Assembly (NCBI GenBank): GCA_945861145.1 | Contig: CAMATL010000001.1 | Location: 21,003 to 85,002, forward strand | DNA: 64,000 nt | DNA from: a candidate division TM6 bacterium GW2011_GWF2_37_49 | GTDB taxonomy: Bacteria; Babelota; Babeliae; Babelales; RVW-14 | Direction: 5' to 3' | In this document: piece after piece, positions 10,688-20,115 of the stretch | Position numbering within the stretch: position 1 is the stretch's first letter | How the letters are laid out: each line of letters starts with the position of its first letter | Notes under the pieces: generated by a model | What the model saw: the letters and a program-made list of their open reading frames with translations, nothing else | Database searches by the model: none | Told to the model about the DNA's origin: nothing | Program-made: the position numbers and the translations under genes

Positions 10688-12673
10688 ATGATAACAAGAT
10701 TTTTTATAGGTCTTTTTAGCACGCTGCTTTTTATAACTATTTCAGTACAAGCAAGCAACCGACTAATCATCATTTCTGACGAAGATAATTGCGAAAGCCC
10801 ACAGCACAAAGCAACTCCTAAAGAAGCCCTCACAAATACCTTAGCTTATTTTATAAAAGAAGATATTGCCCCCATCCTTGTATCAAGATCAGTACTCCAC
10901 CAATTTATTGAAAAACAAATTGAGACGGCATCATTCCTTAAAAAAATACAGCTCTGCAGGGTGGTTGATTGCCAGAATAGCTTAAATACCTCGTACTATC
11001 TGCTGGTGCCAGAAAAAACATATGATAGAAGAATAACCCGCTACCTCCAAAATCATGAAATTTATGGAAAAGAAAAAGCTCTGGGTAGCATGTTTGGCTT
11101 ACAAGCAAGCGCCACAAAAAAAATTACCCTAATTGAACCAGACTGCAAAACGTCACTGCTGCAAGCCATAGCGGCCGATTCTCGAAAACCCAGTGTTGGC
11201 TTGGCTGGTGAATTTTGGCATAGTCTCTTTTTAAAAAAAAACGACTCTGATACTGAAGCAGAATTATTAAACCCATGGCTTATCATGTTATTTTGCCATG
11301 GATCGACAGGCTCACTTTCTGGCTTATCCATTGAAACCTTGCGTAGTTTTTTCAAATTCCTCAGCGAAGAGCAAACAACAAAAGTCGTTGCCATGACAAG
11401 CTGCCTGCTTGGAGGAATTACGAAAGAACTTCTTTGTACTGACGCCTTGGGAGATCCAATTGTTTATAATTTCGATTTTATCGTTGCAGGGCTAAGCGAC
11501 ATTCCACTCACTATTAATAGAACAGCCAATGGCTTGGCTACAAAATTTTTTATCGAGTACTATTCTAAGCAAACTCCAGATACCGAAGAAGCTATTAGGA
11601 TTTTTACCGAGCTTATTGTCCCTATGGATAAATCTTTTCCATCATTTGGGCAAATACAAAACAGCGGAAGCTCTACCGGTTTCAACGTTCCTAATAATGC
11701 CGGTCATTACACAAAGCTAACACCAAGTAAAATGATTTCTCGTCGCGTTCAAGATACTTCTCTTATCCCAATACCTCCACAAACCCCTTCGGCTTCGAAT
11801 ACGGCCATTCATAATCAACTAACGCCCTTGCAAGTAGTCAAAAGTAAAGCAATTTTAGCGTACACGGAGCGATGTCCAAGGCCACTCACAATTCACCCCG
11901 CACTAAACGATCAATCAGGCAGGACAAAATCTCCAATTGTTTGCACTGACAATTACCTACCAAAACTTACAAAGATCGCATCAGAAAACATTGATCGAAT
12001 ACGCTATCCAGCAACAGCATTAACTCTTGAAACAATAGGCATTAAATCAGAAGAACTTTCTGAGAAGGACCACCTTCAAGCCGTACAACAAAAAAACTGT
12101 CCTAAAGGTTTTTTTTACCCCAATACAATTTCAATGAACCATTCTATAGATACAAAAAAACCAACTCTTCATATCTTTGATCAAATAACCACTTCAAATA
12201 TAATTAATGGACTTGCTAGTCCTTGCTTTGGCATCCTGCGATACCTGCGGGACAGTTTTCTTTGTAGTGGAGGTCGCCGCTCAGCAAGTACCATCTGTAT
12301 AAAAAAATTATACGGTTATAATGACCTTTCTATTATCTTTGAATGCGAACAAGATCAACTCGCTAGCTGCGAACTAAAAGGCATACTTCGCGATAATAAA
12401 CTTGCCACTGGAACTCTTGAGCTCGAACATGTCATCATAACTAAAAGCTTTAGCGAGACAACAAGAACATCAACCTACCATGTGCAATTCTCCCTTAATG
12501 CCAACCAGGGAAAAAAAGGCAAATCTCGATGTACCGCATGGAATTGCTGGTTTACAATTTCAGAAGGTACGCCAACAAATATACCTTGCTTGTGGCGATT
12601 TCAAAAAATGAATTTTAAGGATCATTTGGCAACATTTGAAAGACAAATTTCCAATACACCAACAACTCATTAA
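10688..12673 (+). CDS. Secreted paralogue 2 of the 4-member family
   Basis: Signal peptide. Motifs are NRLIIISDED, ILVSRSVLHQF, YYLLVP, LFCHGS (His 11297..11299), VVAMTSCLLGG (Cys 11402..11404), HIFDQI..SN, CFGILRYLRDSF and LYGYNDLSIIFECE. It is closest to paralogue 1. Confidence 0.8.
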   Translation: MITRFFIGLFSTLLFITISVQASNRLIIISDEDNCESPQHKATPKEALTNTLAYFIKEDIAPILVSRSVLHQFIEKQIETASFLKKIQLCRVVDCQNSLNTSYYLLVPEKTYDRRITRYLQNHEIYGKEKALGSMFGLQASATKKITLIEPDCKTSLLQAIAADSRKPSVGLAGEFWHSLFLKKNDSDTEAELLNPWLIMLFCHGSTGSLSGLSIETLRSFFKFLSEEQTTKVVAMTSCLLGGITKELLCTDALGDPIVYNFDFIVAGLSDIPLTINRTANGLATKFFIEYYSKQTPDTEEAIRIFTELIVPMDKSFPSFGQIQNSGSSTGFNVPNNAGHYTKLTPSKMISRRVQDTSLIPIPPQTPSASNTAIHNQLTPLQVVKSKAILAYTERCPRPLTIHPALNDQSGRTKSPIVCTDNYLPKLTKIASENIDRIRYPATALTLETIGIKSEELSEKDHLQAVQQKNCPKGFFYPNTISMNHSIDTKKPTLHIFDQITTSNIINGLASPCFGILRYLRDSFLCSGGRRSASTICIKKLYGYNDLSIIFECEQDQLASCELKGILRDNKLATGTLELEHVIITKSFSETTRTSTYHVQFSLNANQGKKGKSRCTAWNCWFTISEGTPTNIPCLWRFQKMNFKDHLATFERQISNTPTTH

Positions 12674-12758
12674 TTTAATATCAACGTGAGTTCGGAGTTT
12701 CAAAATTCTTCAAAAGAAAGAACCCATCAATATTTCTATAAAAAATTAGAACACACCC

Positions 12759-12904
12759 ACGTCATCCCCAGCTTGATCTTGGATCAAGGCTAATAATCCA
12801 TCAAAATTTATCGAAAACGCTAATCTATGAAGCACTTTGGCAATTTCAATCATATGATTTTTTATATTGAGCCTGGATCCTGGCTCGGAGGCCAGGACGA
12901 CGTA
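12759..12904. repeat. MITE-like element with imperfect terminal inverted repeats (GTCATCCC-type ends)
   Basis: The left arm cacgtcatccccagcttgatcttggatcaaggc (12759..12790) and the right arm gcctggatcctggctcggaggccaggacgacgt (12871..12903) are imperfect reverse complements. The element lies in the spacer between paralogues 2 and 3. Confidence 0.5.
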
Positions 12905-13065
12905 GGCAGATATATATTCTTTATAAAACAACGAACAAATAAATATTCCCATATAAATTACAACCCCCAACTCTGATCAACCTCAACACCCTGATCGAAA
13001 GCTTTGTAGGAATTAGTGTTTCGATTAGAATTATTTTTCTTTTTTATCATAAAGGACCTTTTTTG

Positions 13066-14991
13066 ATGAAGCTTAACTTCCAAAGCCTTGTTTTTTTTAT
13101 CTTTACCCAACTCTGTGTCGCGCCTTTACTTGGCATCCACAATCGATTGGTTCTCATCATCGATGAAGATAAAGATGAAACAATTAACGATAAAAGCGTT
13201 AAAGCTCTCACGAGCGCACTTGATTTATTAATTCGCGAACAAAGCTGTACCGTGCTGGTTTCAGGAAATACTTTACATAATTATGCTGTACGCAGAAATC
13301 ATACAGAAAATCTCAAACACCCTGAAAACGGTGAATTTCGCCAATCACCACTGTACGCAAATCTCTGGCGGATTTTTAAAATACACGGCGCTTGTTATTA
13401 TCTGCTTATCCCTCAAAAATATCTGGCCTTAAAAAACACAGATCTCCCTGCTCACACCCAAGAACACAACCAAAAACTTGGTATAAATTTTAGCGATATG
13501 AGCGAAATTTCATACCTTCTGCCAAAGCCAAAGGGATCATATCTTCCTTTGCAACAATTTATTGAAAAAGATCTTGAATCTGCTCAATTATGCAAACTCA
13601 ACTTGCATAATATTTTCATCTTCTCTTCTCCGGCAGATGAAAGCCGCGTAGCTGGCAATAACGCCTGGTTATTGTATATCCTTGGACATGGTTCACTACG
13701 AGGCCATATTGCAGGAACACAGAGTAAAAACTTATTAGAGGTTTTAGATTTTTTTGACACACAGCTTTTGACAAAGCTTGTGTATATCTGCTCATGCTAC
13801 GCAGGTGGACGAAACAAACAGCTGCTCCTTAGGGCAAATAATGTCCCCTACCATTACCCCTTGGTAGTTGGCGCCGCTACAGATGCTCCAGCATCGCTTT
13901 CTTTAGGCTCTATGTCATTTGAGTTGTTTTTTAAACAAGCAGAAAGTACTAATAGTAGGATTAATCTAAACCAACATATTTCTGCAGCCGCACAGCACCT
14001 TTCCCCTTTTGAATCAAATAACAATTCTCGTCATGACATGTCAGCACTACCTCAACTACTCCCCGCAGGCAGACAGTTTTTTAAAGCCCTAGATCTTCAA
14101 AATGCTACGTTTTCTTTGAAGAACACCGAAGTAGAAGAGTTTGGGTCAAGAGACAAAGCAGCCATCTTACTGTATAAAAAAGAATACACCACTCCCCTAC
14201 GCATAACCCCAGCAAAAAACATCGTAAAAACATATCCAACAGAAAACTCATCGCTCGCTGAAAAATTTCTTACACCATCATTATTTGAGCACACAGGATG
14301 GTTACGACTCAAATTGGATAATTTACGCACGTTAGAAAAAATTCGTGAATTTATTACTTCGAAGGCAAAAGCAAAAATAGCTCCGGATAAAATCCGGCAA
14401 CAGGTTATAAATCACTTCGCACCACACAATGCTTTATTTCCTACTTTTATCTCAATGCTACATCCAGAACCAGCACTCACACGCTTTGCATCCTCTACGT
14501 CAGCATGCCATCATTTTTCAGAGATTGTTGTAGACAATACGCTTGGCACTACCGAATCACCTTTTTTTGGTTTACTACGCTTTATCTATGACGCATTTCT
14601 CGATATTAATCAGCGTGATTCAGAAAACGTTTTTCTTATTGATACACTAACTGGCTATAATGATTTTGCGCTCTTCTTTGAGCTGTATGCAAACGCAACA
14701 GGGCGGCCAGATTGCGAACGAACACGTTTTTTTAAGCAATGGGCAAATGAAACTATTACGCTATCCAATGTTCTAATTAGAACAAAAGGCGGGTTTGAAA
14801 AAGTATGTAGACTTGATGATGAACCCCGTTACTTTGAAATTATTACCATAGGATTTGACTTTGAAGGTCAATCATGGGGATTTTCATTCAGGGGAAAACC
14901 TAACACAACAACACCCTGGCCGTTCAAAAAAATAAACTCACGCACTCACGCCTCTTTTTATAACACGTGGTTACAAAGCATTGATCGTTAA
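13066..14991 (+). CDS. Secreted paralogue 3 of the 4-member family
   Basis: The ATG at 13066 is preceded by aaagga (the longest ORF starts at TTG 13063). Signal peptide. Motifs are NRLVLIIDED, VLVSGNTLHNY, YYLLIP, YILGHGS (His 13687..13689), LVYICSCYAGG (Cys 13795..13797), HHFSEI..DN, FFGLLRFIYDAF and LTGYNDFALFFEL. Confidence 0.8.
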   Translation: MKLNFQSLVFFIFTQLCVAPLLGIHNRLVLIIDEDKDETINDKSVKALTSALDLLIREQSCTVLVSGNTLHNYAVRRNHTENLKHPENGEFRQSPLYANLWRIFKIHGACYYLLIPQKYLALKNTDLPAHTQEHNQKLGINFSDMSEISYLLPKPKGSYLPLQQFIEKDLESAQLCKLNLHNIFIFSSPADESRVAGNNAWLLYILGHGSLRGHIAGTQSKNLLEVLDFFDTQLLTKLVYICSCYAGGRNKQLLLRANNVPYHYPLVVGAATDAPASLSLGSMSFELFFKQAESTNSRINLNQHISAAAQHLSPFESNNNSRHDMSALPQLLPAGRQFFKALDLQNATFSLKNTEVEEFGSRDKAAILLYKKEYTTPLRITPAKNIVKTYPTENSSLAEKFLTPSLFEHTGWLRLKLDNLRTLEKIREFITSKAKAKIAPDKIRQQVINHFAPHNALFPTFISMLHPEPALTRFASSTSACHHFSEIVVDNTLGTTESPFFGLLRFIYDAFLDINQRDSENVFLIDTLTGYNDFALFFELYANATGRPDCERTRFFKQWANETITLSNVLIRTKGGFEKVCRLDDEPRYFEIITIGFDFEGQSWGFSFRGKPNTTTPWPFKKINSRTHASFYNTWLQSIDR

Positions 14992-15015
14992 AATTTTTTA
15001 GGAAAAAGGAATTTA

Positions 15016-17085
15016 ATGATCTCGCTATGCATTCTACATCGCACGATATTCATACTTATATTCTTATGCCCAACTTCATCACAAACACAAGCCAACCGGC
15101 TTATCATGCTCATCGACGAAAATAACGATGAGGCTTTGTATCAAAATGAAGTTAAGGCCTTAGTAAGCATTTTTAATAAAACAATTTATGATCAAGTAGC
15201 TCCTATATTGGTCAGTCGAAATATTTTATATAACTATATTGCTCGACGTAGCTACACAACACATCCCAGCCATCCTGAAAATAAAGATCTTGTAAACTCC
15301 CCGCTCTATAAAGGGATATGGCGCCTTTTCAAAATTAACAATGCAAAATTCTATCTACTACTTCCAGAAAAACTCTTACCAACAACTCCCTACCCAACCA
15401 ATTTAGCTGGAAGGCAAATACTTGGGTTTCATTTTACAAATACCACAGAGCTCACCTCGCAGCTTCCTTTTGCTGGTGATTTTTATCGAGATATACGCAA
15501 TTTTTTAAAAAGAGACACGCAAGGATTAACCCTAGAACAGATTGATTTAAGCATCCTATTTAATACAAAGCGACCGAGCGCTTCCGTAGGCTATCAGATT
15601 AATTACACGCCTTGGAATATTTATTTATTTGGCCACGGCTCATCAACTGGCTCCATTGCTGGCACTCAAGCAAAAAATGTTTGTAAGCTTCTCAATTTCT
15701 TTGACAGCAATATTTCTACCAATTTAGTATACATAACCTCTTGCTTTCTTGGTGGCGCAAATAAATATCTTCTTATGCCTCCTGAGCAAAAAGCTTACAA
15801 CTTTATACTCGCTCTTGGAGCAATAACCGACGCCATAACAGTCATACACAGCGCAAAAATATCATTCAAGCAATTTTTTACACAAGCAGAAAAACCTTTA
15901 AAAAGTCGTGATAAATCTTATTTAATCGACACCTTAAAGCCACTTACTCAATATATAACCTCAAAATGGTCTCATCACGGCATTACCGAACAACCTCAAA
16001 TTTATTCCCCACAAAGAAAATGCTTCGAGGTCCTAGCATTTGACAAATCAATAATAGCACTGCATCACACGAATAGGCCTATACCATCACCAGCAGTCAT
16101 GCATAAATCGCTAGCTCAAAAAGTTGTCAACCCAAGCGATACCTCTACGCCAGCAACAATTTTCTTGTATGATAAAATTGCAATTTTGCTCTACGATAGT
16201 TTTTATGAAGAAACTCTTCATATCACACCTAATCAAGCAGGTACTGGCGTTACTACTTCCAAAGCTAATCCATTAACTAATATTCCAACGGTAGCAGGCC
16301 TTCTCATGCCATCTCTTTTAGGGCTAGATAGAGCAAAAGAAAAAACGCCAGCCTGGAGCCGAGCGGCACGAGACATGCAAGCAGTTCTTCAAAAAAGCAC
16401 CGACAACTCAAGACGATTATTTAGTCGCATGAAAAAATGTTTTTCACCATCTGATGGCATATTTCCAGCCTTTATTTCAATGCTACATACCCCACATTCA
16501 AAAGCAGGCCCGATAACGCCTCAGACAATATCACATCATTTCACACAAATAGATGTCAGCAATAAACTCAATGGGGTAGTAAACCCCTTGTTTGGTGTCA
16601 TGCATTTTTTTCGTGATGCCTTTCTCGATGCTAGTTGCCGCTGCTCAAAAAATATCTTTCTGATTGATTCACTTACAGGCTTTAATGATTTTTCTATTTA
16701 TTTTGAATTAGAAGCGCTGGCGGAAGAAAAGCCTTTGGCTCCATTTGCTCGCGAACTTACAGAATACATACACGAACATATAACTTTTTCCCAAATAACA
16801 ATTTCAACACAAGGATTGCTAGGCAATAGTCAACGTGAAATGTGTGTAGAAATTAGTTTTATTTTTAATGAAAAAGCATGGTCCATGCAATTTATTGGTA
16901 AACCAGAAGATTTTTCTCAAATCAATCATTGGCAATTTGATCCGATCGATGACACAACGTATCAAGAACTCTATGATTCCAAAAAAACCAACATTCTTAA
17001 TAGTTCGTCAAAAAACCCACCAAAAACATATGCTGATGCCGTTAGACAAGGGATAGCGACGCCAACCCATATCCGCTTTAAATAA
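15016..17085 (+). CDS. Secreted paralogue 4 of the 4-member family
   Basis: RBS aaagga and a signal peptide. Motifs are NRLIMLIDEN, ILVSRNILYNY, FYLLLP, YLFGHGS (His 15634..15636), LVYITSCFLGG (Cys 15742..15744), HHFTQI..SN, LFGVMHFFRDAF and LTGFNDFSIYFELE. It is closest to paralogue 3. Confidence 0.8.
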   Translation: MISLCILHRTIFILIFLCPTSSQTQANRLIMLIDENNDEALYQNEVKALVSIFNKTIYDQVAPILVSRNILYNYIARRSYTTHPSHPENKDLVNSPLYKGIWRLFKINNAKFYLLLPEKLLPTTPYPTNLAGRQILGFHFTNTTELTSQLPFAGDFYRDIRNFLKRDTQGLTLEQIDLSILFNTKRPSASVGYQINYTPWNIYLFGHGSSTGSIAGTQAKNVCKLLNFFDSNISTNLVYITSCFLGGANKYLLMPPEQKAYNFILALGAITDAITVIHSAKISFKQFFTQAEKPLKSRDKSYLIDTLKPLTQYITSKWSHHGITEQPQIYSPQRKCFEVLAFDKSIIALHHTNRPIPSPAVMHKSLAQKVVNPSDTSTPATIFLYDKIAILLYDSFYEETLHITPNQAGTGVTTSKANPLTNIPTVAGLLMPSLLGLDRAKEKTPAWSRAARDMQAVLQKSTDNSRRLFSRMKKCFSPSDGIFPAFISMLHTPHSKAGPITPQTISHHFTQIDVSNKLNGVVNPLFGVMHFFRDAFLDASCRCSKNIFLIDSLTGFNDFSIYFELEALAEEKPLAPFARELTEYIHEHITFSQITISTQGLLGNSQREMCVEISFIFNEKAWSMQFIGKPEDFSQINHWQFDPIDDTTYQELYDSKKTNILNSSSKNPPKTYADAVRQGIATPTHIRFK

Positions 17086-17087
17086 AA

Positions 17088-17117
17088 ATAGGGATCCTTT
17101 TTTCAAAGGATCCCTAT
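17088..17117. terminator. Hairpin terminator between paralogue 4 and ssrA
   Basis: atagggatccttt (17088..17100), loop tttc, aaaggatccctat (17105..17117): a perfect 13-bp stem flanked by A and T runs. Confidence 0.7.
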
Positions 17118-17171
17118 AAAATTTGCTCAACAAAAACCTGGTGTGCCAGCCATAGCTCTTTGAGCGAAGGC

Positions 17172-17574
17172 TGGTGGAGGCGATGGGAATTGAACCCATG
17201 TCCGCAACGCCCTCAACGTCAAGTACTCCATGCTCAGTCTTCGAATATACCTCTTACACACCTCGAAGACACAGATCGTGTAAAAGGGCCTTTCGTGTAT
17301 GACTACGCTACCCTAGACTAAGCTTACGTAGAAACCCTACCTTTGTTTGTTCAAGCACACCCAGACGGTAAAGGTACCAAGTGTACTTGCGGTAACTGCT
17401 TAATTAAGCAGCAGCGTAAACGTGAGAAGGAGCATTGCTACCTCTCATGAAATCGCTAAAACCGGAGTTTGTTAGATTTGCATCTATTATTCGCACAGTT
17501 TTTTAACGCGGGACCATACAAACCGCGACATGCACTCAACGCAAAAAACACCACGTCGAAACCGTGACGCCCCC
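17172..17574 (-). ncRNA. ssrA: tmRNA (transfer-messenger RNA)
   Basis: On the minus strand the 5' end reads GGGGGCGTCACGGTTTCGAC. The 3' end reads GGGTTCAATTCCCATCGCCTCCACCA (T-arm plus acceptor plus CCA). The acceptor stem pairs with a G3:U wobble. An internal tag frame ends ...GSNAPSHVYAAA-TAA (stop at 17404..17406). Confidence 0.85.
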
Positions 17575-17597
17575 AGATTTTTCAAAGAACCAGGCTC

Positions 17598-17626
17598 AGT
17601 GTATGGAAATAGCTTCAGATTGTCAA
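17598..17626 (-). promoter_or_regulatory. Candidate promoter of ssrA
   Basis: On the minus strand: TTGACA (17626..17621), 17-nt spacer, TACACT (17603..17598). This lies 23 nt upstream of the mature 5' G, consistent with a processed precursor. Confidence 0.5.
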
Positions 17627-17887
17627 AAAGCAAAAAAATCTTGCAAACAATGCCGGCTCACGTATCCTGGTGACCTAAAATAAACGCAAGTTCGGCAAAT
17701 TAAGATCGTGAGAGAAGCCCTTCTGAGAATGTCTTCTACAAGAGCTGGGAATTCTAGTTCTGTCGTGCTCGCTAAGGCGAGGATGCAGGCTATATGATTC
17801 CAAATTCTCATTGAAAATCTCTCGCAATCGCAATACCAGCATAATAATTCGATTTTTCATATTTAAAATTGAATTATTATTATTTGG

Positions 17888-17914
17888 CTGGATGCCCGCC
17901 TTCGCGGGGACGAC
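17888..17914. repeat. Solo GC-rich hairpin unit of the GTC(A/G)TCCC repeat type
   Basis: ctggatgcccgccttcgcggggacgac contains the hairpin cccgc-cttc-gcggg in an otherwise AT-rich spacer. It explains the repeat-type peptides in the shadow ORFs (VVPAKAGIQ / WMPAFAGTT). Confidence 0.4.
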
Positions 17915-18000
17915 AAATGAGAAGTACTTGCTGATGATTAAAATTATAAAACAACGCTCAAGTTTTTTATTGAGCACGCACTTTTACAGGAAAAAAATAC

Positions 18001-18822
18001 GTGAAAAATTTCATCCTGAAGCCTTTTAAGGAAAAAAAACCAGTAGACGACGGCTTGCCTGAAAAAAAGAAGGCTTACGGCCAGCATTTTTTACGCAAAC
18101 ACAGCGTCGTTGATAACATGATCCATGCGGTGACAATCACTCCTGACACTACGGTTGTTGAGATTGGTTGTGGCGATGGTTTTTTGACTAAGGCTATCCT
18201 TGCCCAAACCCCCTGTAAAAAATTAGTCTGCTTTGAAATCGACAAAGAATGGGCTGACTACGTAAGCGCCCGCGTCTTCGACCCGCGTCTTGACCTACGC
18301 CTACAAAATATTCTTGACGCTTCATTTGATACCGTTGAAAGTGAGCACCCACTGATCATGCTCGCTAATTTACCGTACCAAATAACTTTTCCAATTTTAT
18401 ATCGCATCCAAAAAGCCAAACACCTTTTTGGTGATGTCGTAGTCATGGTACAAGAAGAGGTCGGCCAAAAGCTTGCCGCCACTCATGGCAGAGGGCTTTC
18501 TGCAGTTACCTTATTCTTTCAATACCATTTTACTATCAAATTATTAGATAAAATTGAGCCGGGTGCTTTTACGCCACCACCTAAGATTTTTTCTCGTCTT
18601 ATTCAATTAACACCAAAACACAATCCAACCCCCATCGAAGATGACGCTGGTTTTTGGGCTATGCTCAAACTCTGTTTCCACTTCCCTCGTCAGACATTAA
18701 GAAACAACTTGCGCACCACGCATTATGATCTCAATCGACTCACCGAAGAGCTTTTGGGTAAGCGTGCACAGCAGCTTACATTCGCTGATTTTCTGGTGAT
18801 TTGGAACACGCTACGCGCTTAA
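18001..18822 (+). CDS. rsmA: 16S rRNA (adenine1518/1519-N6)-dimethyltransferase RsmA/KsgA
   Basis: YGQHFLRKHSVVDNMI, SAM motif VVEIGCGDGFLTKAIL, and LANLPYQITFPILYRI. The start codon is GTG. Confidence 0.9.
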   Translation: MKNFILKPFKEKKPVDDGLPEKKKAYGQHFLRKHSVVDNMIHAVTITPDTTVVEIGCGDGFLTKAILAQTPCKKLVCFEIDKEWADYVSARVFDPRLDLRLQNILDASFDTVESEHPLIMLANLPYQITFPILYRIQKAKHLFGDVVVMVQEEVGQKLAATHGRGLSAVTLFFQYHFTIKLLDKIEPGAFTPPPKIFSRLIQLTPKHNPTPIEDDAGFWAMLKLCFHFPRQTLRNNLRTTHYDLNRLTEELLGKRAQQLTFADFLVIWNTLRA

Positions 18823-20093
18823 GGCTTAGCCCGCGCTAGACAACCAACTGTATTGTTATGCACAATCTCAAGCTCTACCGCTTGATACTCAAGCATTTTG
18901 GTTGGCCGCGATACCCAATTAATCACATCAGCCTCCCGCAACAAAAACCCTGCATCTGCTGCCGCCAGGTACTGGGTTAGTTCCGCACTTGCTACACGCA
19001 GCACGCGACAACGCACAGCATCAATACCAGAAGCCTGCACTGCTTGCTCAAAATCTGCCACATCAGTTGTTAGAGCGAGAAAAAAAGCATCGCTCTCACG
19101 GTGCAAAATTGTCGCAGCCTCAGCCACTGTCTCTTGCGCACATTGCCATGGTTTAAATGAACCACTGTAAACATAAACGCGCGCATCAATAGGAATACAA
19201 AGCTCGCTGCGCTTTGCTAATCGCCAAGCCTCTACTTGTTCCCGCGCCACCATCGGCGTAATATCTTTAGTCGCAATGGTAATAACAGCTTGCTTGGCTT
19301 TAAAAACCTTAACCAAATGCTCTTGCAATGCCTCACTCACTGCTTCAATTGTAAATTGACCACACCGGGCAATTACACCACGGTAGCCATAAACACTGGC
19401 TTCCAGTTCATGCAAAAACTTCTGAGTAAGCCAATCTTTAAGTCGTCTTAACCCGCGACGCCCCCCTCGGTGCGCAGCGTAACGATATTCCTCTGCCGCC
19501 AGGCCACGCGCTTGCACCAGCACTGGTGGAATGTCTTTGGCAACAGGTTTCTTTCTAAAATATCGCGTTCGCACTTCTGGATACGTTTTGTTCTGTGAAC
19601 AAAACACTCGAAGCGAACGGAGTTTGAATAACCATTTTCCGTCTGTCTCGAGTGTTTCGCGTAGCGAAATATATCGAGAGGTACAGGCGGCTATAAACTC
19701 ACCCACTAATTTAGAAAAAAATCCATTATAAGGCACACTCCGTTCCACCACACGCAATACCAACCAACCGGCAAGAGGACCGCGTGCTCGTAACTGCGTA
19801 GCTCCAGTAAGCTTTAAAATTTTAATAAGTTGCCACAAGGCGGGCCATAAACTTACCGTACCAAAAAATGGTAACCGCCGAGCCAACACAAGGTGTAACC
19901 GATCATGCGCGGGAATTTTTTTACATAACACTGCAGCAGATGGCAACGCACGCTCAAAAGAAATTAAGGTAACTTCTAACGCCAAATCATCGGCTAACTC
20001 TACAAGTAATGGCGCTACAACCTGGCTCTCAAAGACTGAATTCTCTACGCCATCATAGATAACCATGACCACGTGACGAAACTGGTCTTCCAT
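18819..20093 (-). CDS. Hypothetical protein, possible GT-B fold glycosyltransferase
   Basis: 424 aa. The N-terminus VVMVIYDGVENSVFESQVVAPLL and the C-terminal ADAGFLLREADVINWVSRPTKMLEYQAVELEIV resemble GT4-type N- and C-domains. The assignment is weak. The gene converges on rsmA with a 4-nt overlap. Confidence 0.35.
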   Translation of the reverse strand: MEDQFRHVVMVIYDGVENSVFESQVVAPLLVELADDLALEVTLISFERALPSAAVLCKKIPAHDRLHLVLARRLPFFGTVSLWPALWQLIKILKLTGATQLRARGPLAGWLVLRVVERSVPYNGFFSKLVGEFIAACTSRYISLRETLETDGKWLFKLRSLRVFCSQNKTYPEVRTRYFRKKPVAKDIPPVLVQARGLAAEEYRYAAHRGGRRGLRRLKDWLTQKFLHELEASVYGYRGVIARCGQFTIEAVSEALQEHLVKVFKAKQAVITIATKDITPMVAREQVEAWRLAKRSELCIPIDARVYVYSGSFKPWQCAQETVAEAATILHRESDAFFLALTTDVADFEQAVQASGIDAVRCRVLRVASAELTQYLAAADAGFLLREADVINWVSRPTKMLEYQAVELEIVHNNTVGCLARAKP

Positions 20094-20115
20094 CTCAACT
20101 ACCTTCGTTTAAGGA

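Noticed and set aside
12746-12970. 74-aa minus-strand ORF between paralogues 2 and 3
   Set aside because: It spans the MITE-like inverted repeat (12759..12904). Its sequence is repeat-derived and has no RBS or recognisable domain.
17008-18029. ORFs of 62-100 aa overlapping ssrA and the following spacer
   Set aside because: The ORF at 17008..17199 overlaps the tmRNA 3' domain. The others read through a solo repeat hairpin (giving VVPAKAGIQ / WMPAFAGTT) and AT-rich spacer, and show no coding signal.
18819-20093. Elevated GC of the GT-B-like gene as evidence of horizontal transfer
   Set aside because: Spot counts show ppsA and other core genes reaching similar local GC (45-60% per 60 nt). The contrast is with AT-rich accessory genes rather than with the genome core.
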